From contig JAFGSR010000168.1 in assembly GCA_016934515.1 (NCBI GenBank), positions 31,875 to 95,874 on the forward strand: 64,000 nucleotides of DNA. The letters run 5' to 3'. Shown here one piece after another: positions 37,489 to 50,100 of this stretch. The notes beneath the pieces were generated by a model. That model did no database searches. It worked only from the letters and a program-made list of their open reading frames with translations, and was not told the DNA's origin. Each line of letters starts with the position of its first letter. The stretch's first letter is position 1. The translations under genes and the position numbers were made by a program. The stretch comes from Sedimentisphaerales bacterium (GTDB lineage: Bacteria > Planctomycetota > Phycisphaerae > Sedimentisphaerales > SM23-30).

Positions 37489-37516
37489 ATTTTAGCTTAT
37501 CTGGGTGATTTTGCAA
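37489..37516 (-). promoter_or_regulatory. Native tRNA promoter
   Basis: TTGCAA-N16-TAAAAT on minus strand, 22 nt upstream of tRNA 5' end. Confidence 0.55.
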
Positions 37517-37770
37517 AGAAAAATTGTTGGGTAATTTTTCAGCGTTTTCGGGGGTCGGGGGTGGGTAAGCAGTCAGATTATGTAACTCTTTTGGAGCAGG
37601 CTGCGAAAAGGGCTCAGTGAAAGCCTGGCGGGGGGGGAATAGCCACTTTCAAGTTACCCACTAGCGTGGAGGTTTAATCCTGGCTGGGCCAAGGCTGGCC
37701 ATTTATCTTATCGAAAGTGTATTGGAAATACAGATTCCTATACATTCAAGTTAGAAATAGCTAAATTCTG

Positions 37771-37983
37771 CTATTTGGCATTGTCGGTGTTGGATTTTTT
37801 CTGCTGAGCTTGATTATTATCATGTTGGGCCGATTGTTCCTGTCGGGCTTTCATTTCCTGTTGGATATTGTAAGCCTTGACAAGTTCGGCCCGTTTTCCG
37901 GCCAGGCAGGACAGAATAACTAATGAACCGCCGGCAGCCGCAGCGAGACTAGCCATGACGATGAACATTTCCATTGAGGACAA
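37771..37983 (-). CDS. Small membrane-anchored hypothetical protein
   Basis: 70 aa, N-terminal hydrophobic helix, AAAGGAA RBS. Confidence 0.55.
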   Translation of the reverse strand: MSSMEMFIVMASLAAAAGGSLVILSCLAGKRAELVKAYNIQQEMKARQEQSAQHDNNQAQQKKSNTDNAK

Positions 37984-38105
37984 TTTGTTCCCTTTCTGTC
38001 GGCGAGTGACAAGGATGGATCGGCTGGTCTGGCCTGGAGGACCCTATGGTATTTGTATCGGCCGGTGGGGTGGTAAAAATTAAATACAATCAATGAAAAA
38101 TTGGA

Positions 38106-39563
38106 TTAGGAATTGAGTCGTAATTTTGCAGTGAATCCCCCATCATGATAGCCCAATTGTGAGGCAGGAGGTGCCGGTTCATCGGCCGATGGGGTAAAAT
38201 GGCCGGCGGAGGGAAAGGTTAAGGACTGTTCTTCCAGCTTGAAGAGAGCATTTTCAGAGAGGAAATCCTGAACCAAAAGCTCGTTTTCGGCGTTATCAAT
38301 GCTGCAAGTGCTGTAAAGCAGCAGGCCGTTGGGACGCAGCATGGTGGAGGCTTTTATTAGTAATTCCATCTGAATTTTCCGCAGGTTTTTGATGTCGATG
38401 GGATTTAGCCGATGGCGAACTTCCACGCGTCTAGCTAGAACGGCGGTATTGCTGCATGGGGTGTCGATCAAAATGGCGTCGAAACCGTTATCCTGTTGGG
38501 AAATTGTCTGCAGTTGCTCGGGCAGGCAGGTTTTTACGATAGAAATTCCCAGTCGGTCGCAGTTTTGGCGGACCAGATTCAGCTTTTGGTGGTTAACGTC
38601 GCAGGCAACGATTTGGCCTCGGTTGTCCATCAGTTCAGCCAGATGGGTGGTTTTGCCGCCGGGAGCGGCGCACAGGTCGAGAATCCGTTGGCCCGGCTGG
38701 GGGGCGAGCGTTGGGGCGACAGTCATGGCGGTGCTATCCTGGATCGAAAACCAGCCTTGTTGGAAGCCGGGCAGATGATCCGGTGCAGCCGGTGCATTAA
38801 GTTGCACGCCGTGGGGGATTTTTTCGGAGGTTAATCCTGCTTCGTTGAGCCGATTTTGTAATTGTTCCACGGTGCAGCGCAGGCGATTGGCTCGAAGGTT
38901 CAGGGATGGACGGGTGTTGCCAGCCGAGCAGATTTCGGCAAGCTGATCCATACTAAAATATTTCAGCCAGCGTTCCATTAACCAGCGGGGATAGCCAAAA
39001 GCGACACTGAAGTATTTGGCGGATTTTTTACAGGGATGGGGCAGGATTTCAGTTTTGAACTGAATAGCAGCATCGTTTGTTGTCCGGATGATTGAGCGCG
39101 AAAACCTTTTCGTCATTTCATCAGGTGAAAATTTTACCGGGCCTTTAATATGAGATTGAACTGATCTGAGAATCGCATTAACAAAACCACCTGCGCTGAG
39201 CAGCCGAGCGGATTTGCATTGTTGAACAGATTCGCTTAGCACGGCAAAATCAGGAGTGCGTTCCAGGAAGAGAAGTTGGTAGAGCCCGACCCGTAAAATT
39301 TGCCGAACCAGCGGATCGATTTTGGCTATTGGGCGATTGCTGTGCCGGGTGAGCAAAAAATCCAGAGTGATGAGTCGCCGGCAGGAGCCCCAGGCCAGTT
39401 CAGCTGCCAGGCGTTTATCAGCGTCTTTCAAGCTGGTTGATTTGAAAGCGATATCCAGACTGTCCTGGATGAGCATCTGGCACTTTTCGAAATCCAGCAG
39501 GCAGTTCACAGCGATATCGCGTGCCGATCTATTTTGTAAAGCAGGTGGGCTTTTTTGTTTCAT
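38106..39563 (-). CDS. rsmB: 16S rRNA m5C967 methyltransferase RsmB (NusB-like N-terminal domain)
   Basis: ILRVGLYQL, FVNAILR, LDLCAAPGGKT, DTPCS, YSTCS. Confidence 0.93.
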   Translation of the reverse strand: MKQKSPPALQNRSARDIAVNCLLDFEKCQMLIQDSLDIAFKSTSLKDADKRLAAELAWGSCRRLITLDFLLTRHSNRPIAKIDPLVRQILRVGLYQLLFLERTPDFAVLSESVQQCKSARLLSAGGFVNAILRSVQSHIKGPVKFSPDEMTKRFSRSIIRTTNDAAIQFKTEILPHPCKKSAKYFSVAFGYPRWLMERWLKYFSMDQLAEICSAGNTRPSLNLRANRLRCTVEQLQNRLNEAGLTSEKIPHGVQLNAPAAPDHLPGFQQGWFSIQDSTAMTVAPTLAPQPGQRILDLCAAPGGKTTHLAELMDNRGQIVACDVNHQKLNLVRQNCDRLGISIVKTCLPEQLQTISQQDNGFDAILIDTPCSNTAVLARRVEVRHRLNPIDIKNLRKIQMELLIKASTMLRPNGLLLYSTCSIDNAENELLVQDFLSENALFKLEEQSLTFPSAGHFTPSADEPAPPASQLGYHDGGFTAKLRLNS

Positions 39564-39605
39564 AGGAGTTCCCGGAAAGCAGGCCGAATGGGAGATTTCA
39601 GCCGG

Positions 39606-40586
39606 TCAGCCATTGAGGAATTGATGGCCGGCGGACAGACGTCGGCCGTTAACGTAATCGGCGAAACTCATCAGTCGGCCGTTTTCGGGTTTAACTTCTA
39701 ACAATCGTAATTGTCCTGCTCTGCATTCGATGGTCATCTCGGTGGTGAGTGTGCCTGGGGTGATAGCGGCGGGAGAGGTATTTGCCTCGTCAACAGTTAC
39801 GGCAGAGGGGGTGGATGGGGCAATTTCTGCCCGGGCAATGGTTAATCTCTCCGCTTTGGATTTGTTGGTCTGGGGAACCTGGCAAAAAGCGCCCGGCCAG
39901 GGCCACATGCCGTGAATAAGATTGCAGATTTTCTGAGCAGGTTGTGACCAATGGATAGCCGCATCGGTTTTACGCAGCTTGGGGGCCGGACAGGCAAGCG
40001 AGTCATCCTGTTTAAGTGGCTGGTCTTGTCCTTTGCTGATCTGGTCCAGCACCTGTCCCACAAGTTCCGGGCCCAGCAGAGCCAGGCGATTGTGTAAAAG
40101 ATCCGTGGTTTCACCGGGAAGGATTTTGGTTTTTGTCTGGCCCAGGATTGCACCGGCGTCCCATTGTTCGTTAATTTCGATGACCGTCAGGCCGGTTTCC
40201 GAATCGCCGTTAATAATTGCCCAATTGATCGGGGCCGCTCCGCGATATTTAGGCAATAGCGACCCGTGCAGGTTGATTATGCGACAATTACTCAGGGCGA
40301 GCAATTTTGAACCAATTTTTTGGCCGAACGCAATTACTAAAATTACCTCGGCCTGAATATCTCTAATGGTTTGTACGAATTCTGGGGTATTGACGTTTTC
40401 TGATTCCTGGTGAGAAATGCCCAACTGTTCAGCTAACTGTGCGATCGGGGTGGGTTTCTTTTTTCGGCCTCTGCCGGCAGGACGCGCAGGCTGGGTGACG
40501 ACAGTTGCAATTTCATGTTCCGATTCGCTAAGCCACTGCAAAGTGGCGCAGCCGAATCGGCCGCTACCAAAGTACGCTACCCGCAT
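39606..40586 (-). CDS. fmt: Methionyl-tRNA formyltransferase
   Basis: VVTQPARPAGRG, INLHGSLLPKYRGAAPINWAI, DAGAIL. Confidence 0.96.
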   Translation of the reverse strand: MRVAYFGSGRFGCATLQWLSESEHEIATVVTQPARPAGRGRKKKPTPIAQLAEQLGISHQESENVNTPEFVQTIRDIQAEVILVIAFGQKIGSKLLALSNCRIINLHGSLLPKYRGAAPINWAIINGDSETGLTVIEINEQWDAGAILGQTKTKILPGETTDLLHNRLALLGPELVGQVLDQISKGQDQPLKQDDSLACPAPKLRKTDAAIHWSQPAQKICNLIHGMWPWPGAFCQVPQTNKSKAERLTIARAEIAPSTPSAVTVDEANTSPAAITPGTLTTEMTIECRAGQLRLLEVKPENGRLMSFADYVNGRRLSAGHQFLNG

Positions 40587-40676
40587 TTAAATCCCTCAAA
40601 ACGTTTTATGCGCAAAATCTTCACTATCCAAAATAGCATTTGAACTTTATGGAAATGGTTTGATTGTTGCGGCCGA

Positions 40677-42878
40677 TCATTGCATCTGATCGATAATAAG
40701 CTTGCTGGTCTGGGCGCTGGGCAGATTCAGGGAACCAAACGCTTCAGCTGCCAGGTTTTTCAATTGCGGTTCGGTATTCTGAGAACTAACCAGATTGTAA
40801 ATTTGAGTGACCTGTTCCGGTAACAGTAGATTACCGAAAGATTTTGCTGATGCTGTCAGGTTTTCCAAGGCCATCAAACGAATGGACATTTCCTGTTGTT
40901 CATCAAGAGCCAAAGTCGCAATGGCCCGTTGACCTTCAAGCGAATCAAGGTTGGCGACGGTTTCGATAGCTGCCTTCTGAATGGCCGGTCGGGTTTCACG
41001 AATTGCTTCAATAAGGGCCGGTTCGGCCGGTTTGAGACTCAACACCTGGTTACCGGTAATCGCCAAGCTGCGCAATACTTGGGCAGCATCGGTGGCATAT
41101 TTGTCTGCCAAGCCGGCATCGAAGTCAATCGCCTGATTTTTGGCAAGGATTTCCAAGGCCGCTTTGATTATGTTCTCAACCGGGGTGTCTTCCAGAACCG
41201 CCTGAGCGAAATCACTGGCGGCAATATTCTTTTCGGTGGTGCTAATGGAACCGGCAGAAGTTATCACAATTGTTGGGCAGAAAGCCAGGCGATAATCGTT
41301 GGCAATAGTTGCCAAAGCTTCATTCAGGTTGGGCTGGGAAATGTTAGAATTCAAAACAATCAGGTCAAAACTGGAAAGGTTTTTTGCTCTTTCAATTGTT
41401 ACTCCGAGATGAGCTTCGCTTACAACAACACTGAACAGACCGGAATTAACCAGTTCCCCTCTTAGTCGATTGCGGCGGTCTTCGTCTCCGTCAACGATTA
41501 AAGCATTGCGCTGTCCTTTTTGCCGTAAAGCTTCAACCAGAATCGGCATAACCAGTTTGCTGCGATTGAAAGGGGCGGATGGTTTAGCGGCGCCAATTGC
41601 CAGTGCCGCACTTAACCTCACTTCACGATCGGCAAAAGTCAGGGCTTTCATCAAAGGCTGCACCGTGCCCAGTTCGAAGAGCAGGGATTTCTGCCCTGAA
41701 TTACGTCGCAAAGCTTTGATGGCGGATAGAGCAACCGGACGATTACGGTTTTCCAATGCTCGATTCAGCACCCGATGCAGATACTCGGGTCCGGCGGTCA
41801 AGGCGTAAGTTGCCGCGTCGGCGTGACCTTCACCAAAATATGCCGGTTGTGGATGTCCTTCGGCTTCCAGGCGGGAAAAGGCCGACAACCAAAGCGAAAT
41901 TGCCGTAGCCCGGTTGCGATCGAGCATAATAGCGCTCTCACAGCACCGCATCGCCATCAGTTCGTCGAATGAATCGCTGATTACTTCTTCCGGGATCAGG
42001 CCCGTTTCATCATTCCAGAACCAGACATTAGCCTGTTCCTGTTCCGCAGGTACTGCCAGGGAATCCAGGTGGTTGTAGTAATCCAAAGCTAATTGCTCAA
42101 AAGCCGCGGCTGCATTTTTACCCGCCAGGTTGTCCTGATTGCGGATTGAACGTAAGGCTTTTAATGCTGCGGTCCGCAATTCGGAACCGGCATTTTCATT
42201 TTCAACGATTTCCTGAATATATGGAACCGCACTTTGATAGCCTATTTCACCCAGCGATTCCAGGATGATTAGACGCACATTCAATTCTTTGCAGCGTTGC
42301 AGAGCCAGTACCAGCGGATTTACCGCGACCCGGCCCAGTTGAGGAAGTGCCCATTTAATCAGAGAAAATTCTTCCGATCGATTGGAATCCCGCAGTGCTT
42401 CGATCATTACCGGCACGGCCCATTCGCCTGAATCTTTAAGTCGAGCCATAGCCATTTCTCGCCCGCGGGTAGTACCGGAGAGCCGTTTGACCTCTGCGGC
42501 TATCCGGTCCGGCTTGGTACGTTCAATAAATCGGCCTTGTTCAACCAGCTTCATTACCTTCAGGGCAATATCCTTCACCGGAGTGTCCTGCTCAAGCAGG
42601 GATAAATTGCGATAGCTGTCGGCATATTTGTCGCTTTGAGCCAAATTCAGCAGCAAGGTCGGATCCGGTTCCAAATCCAGCAAAGCGCGGCCACGGTCCT
42701 GTGCCAAATCCCAGCGACCAATCAGGCAATAATGCAATAGCTCATCCCAGTATTGCCGGGTTTGCTCGATAAGTTCCGTATCACTTTCTGCGTTGGTGGT
42801 TTGGCCAAGCGCCGCCATCATGGGCAGCAACATCATCGAAATCATGGCCAAGACCAAAACCTTTTGTTTATTGATCAT
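40677..42878 (-). CDS. Exported HEAT-repeat protein with receiver-like insert
   Basis: Signal peptide; ESLGEIG/VRLSAALAIG repeats; ALIVDGD...FDLIVL segment. Confidence 0.8.
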   Translation of the reverse strand: MINKQKVLVLAMISMMLLPMMAALGQTTNAESDTELIEQTRQYWDELLHYCLIGRWDLAQDRGRALLDLEPDPTLLLNLAQSDKYADSYRNLSLLEQDTPVKDIALKVMKLVEQGRFIERTKPDRIAAEVKRLSGTTRGREMAMARLKDSGEWAVPVMIEALRDSNRSEEFSLIKWALPQLGRVAVNPLVLALQRCKELNVRLIILESLGEIGYQSAVPYIQEIVENENAGSELRTAALKALRSIRNQDNLAGKNAAAAFEQLALDYYNHLDSLAVPAEQEQANVWFWNDETGLIPEEVISDSFDELMAMRCCESAIMLDRNRATAISLWLSAFSRLEAEGHPQPAYFGEGHADAATYALTAGPEYLHRVLNRALENRNRPVALSAIKALRRNSGQKSLLFELGTVQPLMKALTFADREVRLSAALAIGAAKPSAPFNRSKLVMPILVEALRQKGQRNALIVDGDEDRRNRLRGELVNSGLFSVVVSEAHLGVTIERAKNLSSFDLIVLNSNISQPNLNEALATIANDYRLAFCPTIVITSAGSISTTEKNIAASDFAQAVLEDTPVENIIKAALEILAKNQAIDFDAGLADKYATDAAQVLRSLAITGNQVLSLKPAEPALIEAIRETRPAIQKAAIETVANLDSLEGQRAIATLALDEQQEMSIRLMALENLTASAKSFGNLLLPEQVTQIYNLVSSQNTEPQLKNLAAEAFGSLNLPSAQTSKLIIDQMQ

Positions 42879-43001
42879 TTCGCAACTCCGCTGAACAAGC
42901 TATAAGGTATTTTATCCAAAGTACTTACATTATTGTACAATTCGAACGATTATAAAGCCTCGCTCCATTGTGTCAAACAAAAAACCCACATGGAAGGTTC
43001 A

Positions 43002-44015
43002 TTAACCGGCAGACTCGCGGACTCTCTGCTCCAGAGTTTCAAGATTGTCCCGAACTTCCTGAGACATTTTCGAGTTGGGATATTCTTCTATAATGCATTT
43101 GCCGACCTGCAAAGCTTTGTCCCATTGTTTCTCAGTTACAAACATCGAAAACTGAACACCCATATTGTGCAATTTACCACGCAGGACGCCTCGAGCCGAT
43201 TCCTCCAGTGCAGCAGCTTCGGTAGGGGTCAGGTAAATATCCAGTAACTTCAACAGTTCCACTCCCTGATCGTAATCATTTTCTTTGACTGCGGCGTCCA
43301 GGCGTCTGAGCAGGTCCTTTTTGTGCTCCTGCCGCAACTGAGCAGTTTTCCCTTCGAGCTTATGAACTTTTTCGTTATTTGGATACAATCGTGTCAGGTT
43401 ATCGACTTCCTTTTGGGCGTCCACATAACTGTGAATGCTCCAGAGGGATTCAATGTGTTTGACCGAAGTATCAATTTTTTCCTCGACGCCGGCTATCTGG
43501 TAGCGGTTCAGCTCGTTTCTTATTTCCTGGGCTTCCTCTTTACAGCCGAAACGTTCGTGAAGTTCGTCAATCAGGACATTGGCGGAATCCCATTTTTCCG
43601 CGCGAATGTCCTGTTGTATCGCATCGCGTAATAACGAAAGATCCCTTTCGCGGAACACTACCGATTTGACGGTATCACTTAAAAGCAGATTTTCGCCGAG
43701 TTGAGTCAGCAAGGCCTGCCGCTGGGTGTCGCTGGCTTGCATACGTCGCAAAACGCTTACGATAATTTCGCCATTGTTTCGCAAGGTGTTGACGTAGCGC
43801 AAAAGGAAAAAACAGGTCAACGCAAACGCCAACAGAGTGAAAAACACCGAAGCCCATAAAGATGAATATGCCGATGAATTACCGACGGCATCTGCCTCAG
43901 TTGGTTGTTGCCCTAACAGTAAAAGTGTAGCGAATAACCAGCTCACCAGCGATATTAACCAGACTATCCCCACAAACCATAGCCCGGCGCGACTATTTTT
44001 TACTGCCGCTGCCAT
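43002..44015 (-). CDS. Hypothetical membrane protein with helical C-terminus
   Basis: Two TM helices; GGAGG before ATG 44015. Confidence 0.75.
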   Translation of the reverse strand: MAAAVKNSRAGLWFVGIVWLISLVSWLFATLLLLGQQPTEADAVGNSSAYSSLWASVFFTLLAFALTCFFLLRYVNTLRNNGEIIVSVLRRMQASDTQRQALLTQLGENLLLSDTVKSVVFRERDLSLLRDAIQQDIRAEKWDSANVLIDELHERFGCKEEAQEIRNELNRYQIAGVEEKIDTSVKHIESLWSIHSYVDAQKEVDNLTRLYPNNEKVHKLEGKTAQLRQEHKKDLLRRLDAAVKENDYDQGVELLKLLDIYLTPTEAAALEESARGVLRGKLHNMGVQFSMFVTEKQWDKALQVGKCIIEEYPNSKMSQEVRDNLETLEQRVRESAG

Positions 44016-44119
44016 AGATTGCCTCCTTGCTGCGATCTGCAAATCGTTAATGGCAGACCAACACTTAGCTATCCAAAAACCAAATTGTTCTCAAAATGGC
44101 CAATCAGTTTTTGGGATTA

Positions 44120-47100
44120 TTAATTTTGTTCCCCAATATCGGTGCCTGAGCCAATGTAGCGTAAAAGCAAATCAATTTCATTTTCAAAACCAATTTGTCT
44201 CATAAATAATTCATAACCTTGCTGTTCGGCAAAGAGCCGATAGCTGTTGCGCGCCTTGAATTCCTGTTCCTCCAGGGTCATATCATAATTATATCCCATC
44301 AAGTTAGCCGGCTCGGCGGTGTTGATTTCTGTGGCATGTTCCAACCCCAGAATATGGCCTAATTCGTGGGCACCCGTATTGGCCAAAGCGTTAACCGTTT
44401 CCAGGAAACGTTCGGTGGGATCCTCCGACATCTCCGATAGATATCCGAAAGCGATTTCATCGGTTAATACGATTGCCATATCGGTGTGGTCTTCATTGTG
44501 ACGATCCAGCTTTTGTGCCAAACCATAAAGGCCCAGCATAGGTGTGGTTCCACCAAAAATCACTGTCGAATATACCGCACCGGCCTGGGGTTTTTCGGTA
44601 ACAAATTCAATCTCGTCTTCAGTTAAACCGACATTGCGATAGATTTCTTCGATACGATCGGCAATCGCCTGAATCAATGATTCACGCATCCCGTCAAGTT
44701 CAAACGCTTCAGCGTCAAAAGCCGGGCGGTTAACAACATTTGGTCCCCAGCCCATATCAGCTTCTTTAAACAAATAATCTGCTCGTGCCCCGTCGAAAGC
44801 CAACCAAACAAGTTGCGACGGCGGAGTTTCCACGGCTTCCGGTTCGGTGGTTTCGATGGTCAACTGATAGGCGATAACTTCAGAGAAGTTTTGCAGAGAA
44901 TATCCTGTTACTACCACGTAATAGGTGCCCATACCATTCTCGGCGGGATCGATTACTACCGACTCATGGTTGGGCATGCTGAAAATCGCCTGAGCTTCGT
45001 AAAGCGTGTCGGCATTTTGGGCGGCACCGGTAGCCAGGACATCGTCGGCCTCATCCATAATAGTAGTTAATGCTTCATAGTCACCGTTGTAAATAGCAAC
45101 ATATAACTCAACATCATCTCGACCGAACAGGACTTCGGAATCCAGATCTACGGTTACTCGCTGACCTTCTTCCAGCCGGAAACTGTAAACATCCACGTCG
45201 AGAAGATTACCCAGACAGGAACTGATTACCACGCTGCCCGCCTGCCCCGGCTCCAGCAGGGTGCCGGTAACTTTTTCTACCGGAAGATAACATTCGGCAC
45301 TAACAGGATTATTTAACAAATCCACATTGTAACGATAAACTTGTGGATTATCTTCGTCCTGAACCAACTCGTCATTACCCCAATCCAGTGGTTCCAGATT
45401 TACAGGTCCATTGGTCGGATAGACCTGGCTGTAAGGTAAGCCGCTGGCAGTGGTGTCCGAACCAAAATCACTGTTACCATCGTTGAAGACCAGGACCTCA
45501 AGGTTGTATCTGCCCAACGGGGAATCGACTCCGCCTGCCAGGAAGTCAACTTCACCTACCCAGAAATATCCCGGATCAAGCGAATTGCGGAAAAGATTGC
45601 TGCTTACATTCAATAAATAATCACCGTCTTCAGGAACCTCAAACAGTGCATTTAGTTCTCCGGTGCCTGTCCAACTGGTTACCAGAGACAATGTTCGCTG
45701 GCTGTTTGCCAGGACCATAAGGTCGCTGGTGGTACCAAAGTAGATCGTCATACTGTCCGTCGAACCGCCACCCGGTACCGAGTGATTGGTGTGGATCAAT
45801 ATAGAAATATCATCGTCACCAAAAGTTTCAATGGATCCGTTGAGAGAATCGCTAATCTGCACCGAATCTACCAGAGCACTTGCATCACCCACCCAGTTGA
45901 TGTCGTCAATTTCAAGCAGGATATCACCCTGGCCTGTAGTATAGGTAACATTAAACTGATAGAATCCGCCTTCCGGTGTTACATCGCTATTGCCAATCGT
46001 ACTGGAAACGGTAAGGCCTCCCAGATTGGTGGATGAACTGCCAAAGGTGTGGTTGGTGGATGCCTGGCCATTTATGCTGACCTGAACGACATCGTCAACC
46101 GGGCTGCCCGAAGTGGAGCGTACCAGAAAACCCGGCGTATTAAAGGCAGCCATGTCAAAGCTGATATCGCTGTATTCCCCGCCAGCCGGCAGGGGCATTA
46201 CCAATTCCATTCGGCTGCCATATTCGGTGTTTCTGATATCAGTGAAGATTTCCACTATGTTATTTGAAACGTTTTCAATTCCGTAAAGACTGCCGTCGGG
46301 AGCAAAATCAATCCCGATTATTTCTATATTGGTACCTGGATTGGCCAGGTTATCCATCTCGTCACCCACCGCAGCGGCTTTGCCAAATTCCGGATTAATT
46401 TTCAATTGATTATTAATCTGGGGTACTTTCTTTCGGGTATCAATCTTAACTAGTGTCTGAGTAACCTGATCAATGCCATACATGCAACCGTTATTTATGC
46501 TGCTACCGGGTATGTCACCGTATGCCAGGGATACAATATCCGTAAAACCATAAAATTCCAGATCCTGTTCCGATAATTGCAGGTCTGCATACGGATCTAT
46601 TATATTAGAAATAGACAACAGGGAATCGCGCGTGGTCGAATTGCCCGTTACCGGCACGATAGTTATGGATACGACTGCGAACAATTCATCAATCCCCAGA
46701 TTTTCATCAGTAGATCCAAACTCCAGGGCTAGAATATCATCTATTGTCAGAGTGGCAGTTGTACCTGTACCGTACACCGATGCGTTGACGAGGTCGCTTA
46801 AAACCGTCCTGGTTAAAACCACATCGTCATCGGTTTCCGTCGTCGGGTCCAGCGGATTGGGATCGACAAAAATCGGCCGGGTATCAAAAGAAAATGTGCT
46901 TATCAGGGCAAAGGTCTCCAGGCTCGAATCGTAGCCTAAGGCATCGTAATTGATGGTGACCAGGGCGTCATTAAAATCATTCAGCAAATCAAATTCACCG
47001 GCCTGGATCAATCCAATTCTAGTGTCAAGAATAATCTCACCGGTCAGAACTTCATTTTTTAAATCATCCAGCAATTCCGCAGTCAACACCTGGGCAAGTG

Positions 47101-50100
47101 CTGATTCAAGCTCATCGGTTAGTTCCAGGAAATAATCTGTTTCCAAAATCGTTTTGCTGATGGTTATTTCGTCCAGTCCCGGCAATATCATGTCACGTGT
47201 CGGAGTTAAATCCGTGCGGGAAGATTCACCCAGCATCTCTCCTGCCAATATCAACTCCGCCGGATATTGAGTCTCAATCTGGCTGGTGCCGGCGAAAAAC
47301 ACTCGAACGTCGCCGTCGCCGTGTTCCGCGTCTATTTCAACCCGTAAGACACTGCTGCCATCGACTCCGAATCCAAAAATTACGGTCGTGTTATCCGGAT
47401 CATCGGTAACCGCCGAAATAATGAAACCATTTTCGGTATCATTGAGCCAGTCAATGTCTTCTATGAGTACCTCAACATCGCCATGGGCTTCCCCGTGGGC
47501 ATATTCAATGTCAAAACCGTAATAGTAACCTTTATCGATAAATTCCTGTAACCCGGCGTTTAGCGCTACTACCGAGGAATCAGAGATTACCCGGTTGCCT
47601 CCCGAAAAATCAGTGGTTTCCTCAGCGAAAATATGTTCGACCGGTCCTTGATTGCCAAAGGTAATGTTCATCGTATCGCCGGCGGGACTGTTACGCAAAG
47701 GCAAACCAACGAAAATTCCACTGTTGGGCTCCGTTGCTAAACCGTGCCTTTCCGCGTCAAATTCAAACTCCTGCAACAGGACCGCCGCACCGGTGGCCGG
47801 GTCGATCGTGTATAAAGCGTCACGAAGCAGGTTGCCGGTTTCGTTCACCGGTTGATTATGTAGTGCGATTAGCCCGTCACCGCCCTGATTCAGCGCCAGA
47901 CCGGTAATTACCAGATTGTCCGCCAAACTGGAATCCACACTACCCAGGTTCCCCAATCCGGAGCCCACCGCTGTTGCCAGGCCAAAGCCGGCACTGTTCG
48001 GATCAGAATTAAACCTTACCAGCGTATTAGTAGCAGCATCGATTCCATACAAAACTCCATCCAACTCTGCCAGTCCGCTAATGTTGGTAAAAGTGCTTCC
48101 GATATTATTGCTCGAAATCGTTACGCTGGCCCGATTGTCCGGATCGAGGTTGTTGATATCCTCGCTGACCTTGTTGATCAAAACCAGGCTCTGACGTGCC
48201 GAACCTGAATTTGGCTGAAAATCGGCAATCGCCCAAAGCGAATCCAAACTGTGACCGGCCAATCCCTTCAGGTCCAGTATGGCACCCTGGCTGGCTACCA
48301 GACTGTTCAGATCATTAAGGTCATTTTCTAGCAGCTCTAAATTGCTGAACACTAACGGATTTATATTATAGAACTTGTGCCCGATTCCATCATAACCGTA
48401 ATAACTTGTTCCGGTATATGCCAGTTCATCCAACTCCGGAGCCACCAGGTCAGCAGACACCGTTATGTCCGGATCATCTTCCACCATATCTTCGACGCCA
48501 TCTGTGCCAATAACATTAAAAGTCTGACCGGCAACCGAATCATCATGAATCTGCCACAGTTGTACCAAATAGATGCTGGAATTTTCCGTATAGCCACCAG
48601 AGCCGCCCCCGCTGCCCACTGCCTGGGATATATTTACGTCCACAGTCTGACCCGCTACCAGATCATTCATCCGAATAAAATCGTCTTCATCCAATGCCGA
48701 ATCACCGGTAAATCCAGGATTATCACCCATTTGGCTGGTGTAGGACCAGATCATGTTTTCCGGAAATTCCTCAAAGGGTGAAAACGCCGTTACTATCGAA
48801 TTGCCCAGATCAGCTACCGCAAAGTAATAAACAAAATCACCACCGGGAATGCCATTGCCGCTGGGCACGTTACCTTCGCCATCCAACGAAACTCCCTGTT
48901 GATTGGTGATCTGATTGGCGACCAGAGTTATCTGGTAATAATTTGTGCCCCAGCGATTGATGGCGAAACCGTCCTCGTTGTGAAATGTTGCTGAGTTGGA
49001 TCCTTGGTCGAAGGTTACCCAGGCAGTTGGATCCGTCAAAGGATTATCGTCCCCGCCGATGATAATATCGTCGGACACTCCGGAACTCGGGTTAAGTCCG
49101 AAAATCTGGTCCAGTCCAATAGAACGAATCTGAAAAGCCTGACTTAATGCGTTCGCTGCCGTTATATCGGAAACTTCCAACGTTGCCCCGTCAACGTCCT
49201 TGCTGTTTACTTCCAGAAGACTCACATTACCCTGACCTACAAAAGCCTCCCGGCCGACGCTTACTTTGCCCACCATGCCGGCCGCTCCGATCACGAAGCT
49301 ATCTTGCGAGAATATCGATCCGCTGACATCGCCACGAATATCCACTTCGCGAATTACCCCGATTACGTCAGTTTGTTCATGGGAAAACTCCACCGTAATA
49401 GCGTTTAAATCCGTCGCGTCGAAAAATACATTCGAAACCTGCGGCGGATTCAAAAATTCAATGTTCTTTTGCTCCAGCAGATCATCCCCGGTGCCAAACA
49501 TCTCGTCCTGTCCCGGTGCCAAAGCCGCAACCACGTTAGATTCAACGAAATCACCATTGATTATTACCTTGTCGATAATTCCGCTCAGGGCCCGGTCGCG
49601 ATCAGGATCATCAGCGGCAGTGCTGTCAAAGTCAAACAACTTTCCGCTTGGCCCAATATCCAAACCAGCCGCCAGGGTACTGAATTCCATGTTGCCGTTT
49701 ATCTGGGCTAGTTCCAGATTGCCTCCTGCCGCAACCACGCTCAAACGCATGCTGCTGCTTTGGAAGGTGCCAATGTTGCCTCCGGCACGGATACCCATGA
49801 CCTCACGTAATCCTTCACCGCCGGTCATTCCCTTTACGATTACTCTGTCGATGTCGCCTTCCGAACTCAGCACACCACCCAGATCGCCCGTTACCTGAGC
49901 ATAAGACAACAAACTGTCGGAACAGTAAAGCATCCCGTCCATGTCGCCTCGGAAAAGCGCCTTGGTTACATTCGCCGCGGAGATGTTCACCTGCTCGCTT
50001 ACCTGCGTACTCTGCAGCAATTTCACATCCCCCAGAATATCAATATTGGTCGGTAGGGCATCGGTGCCGTTCATTTCTCCTAAAATCGCCTTGGTCACAT

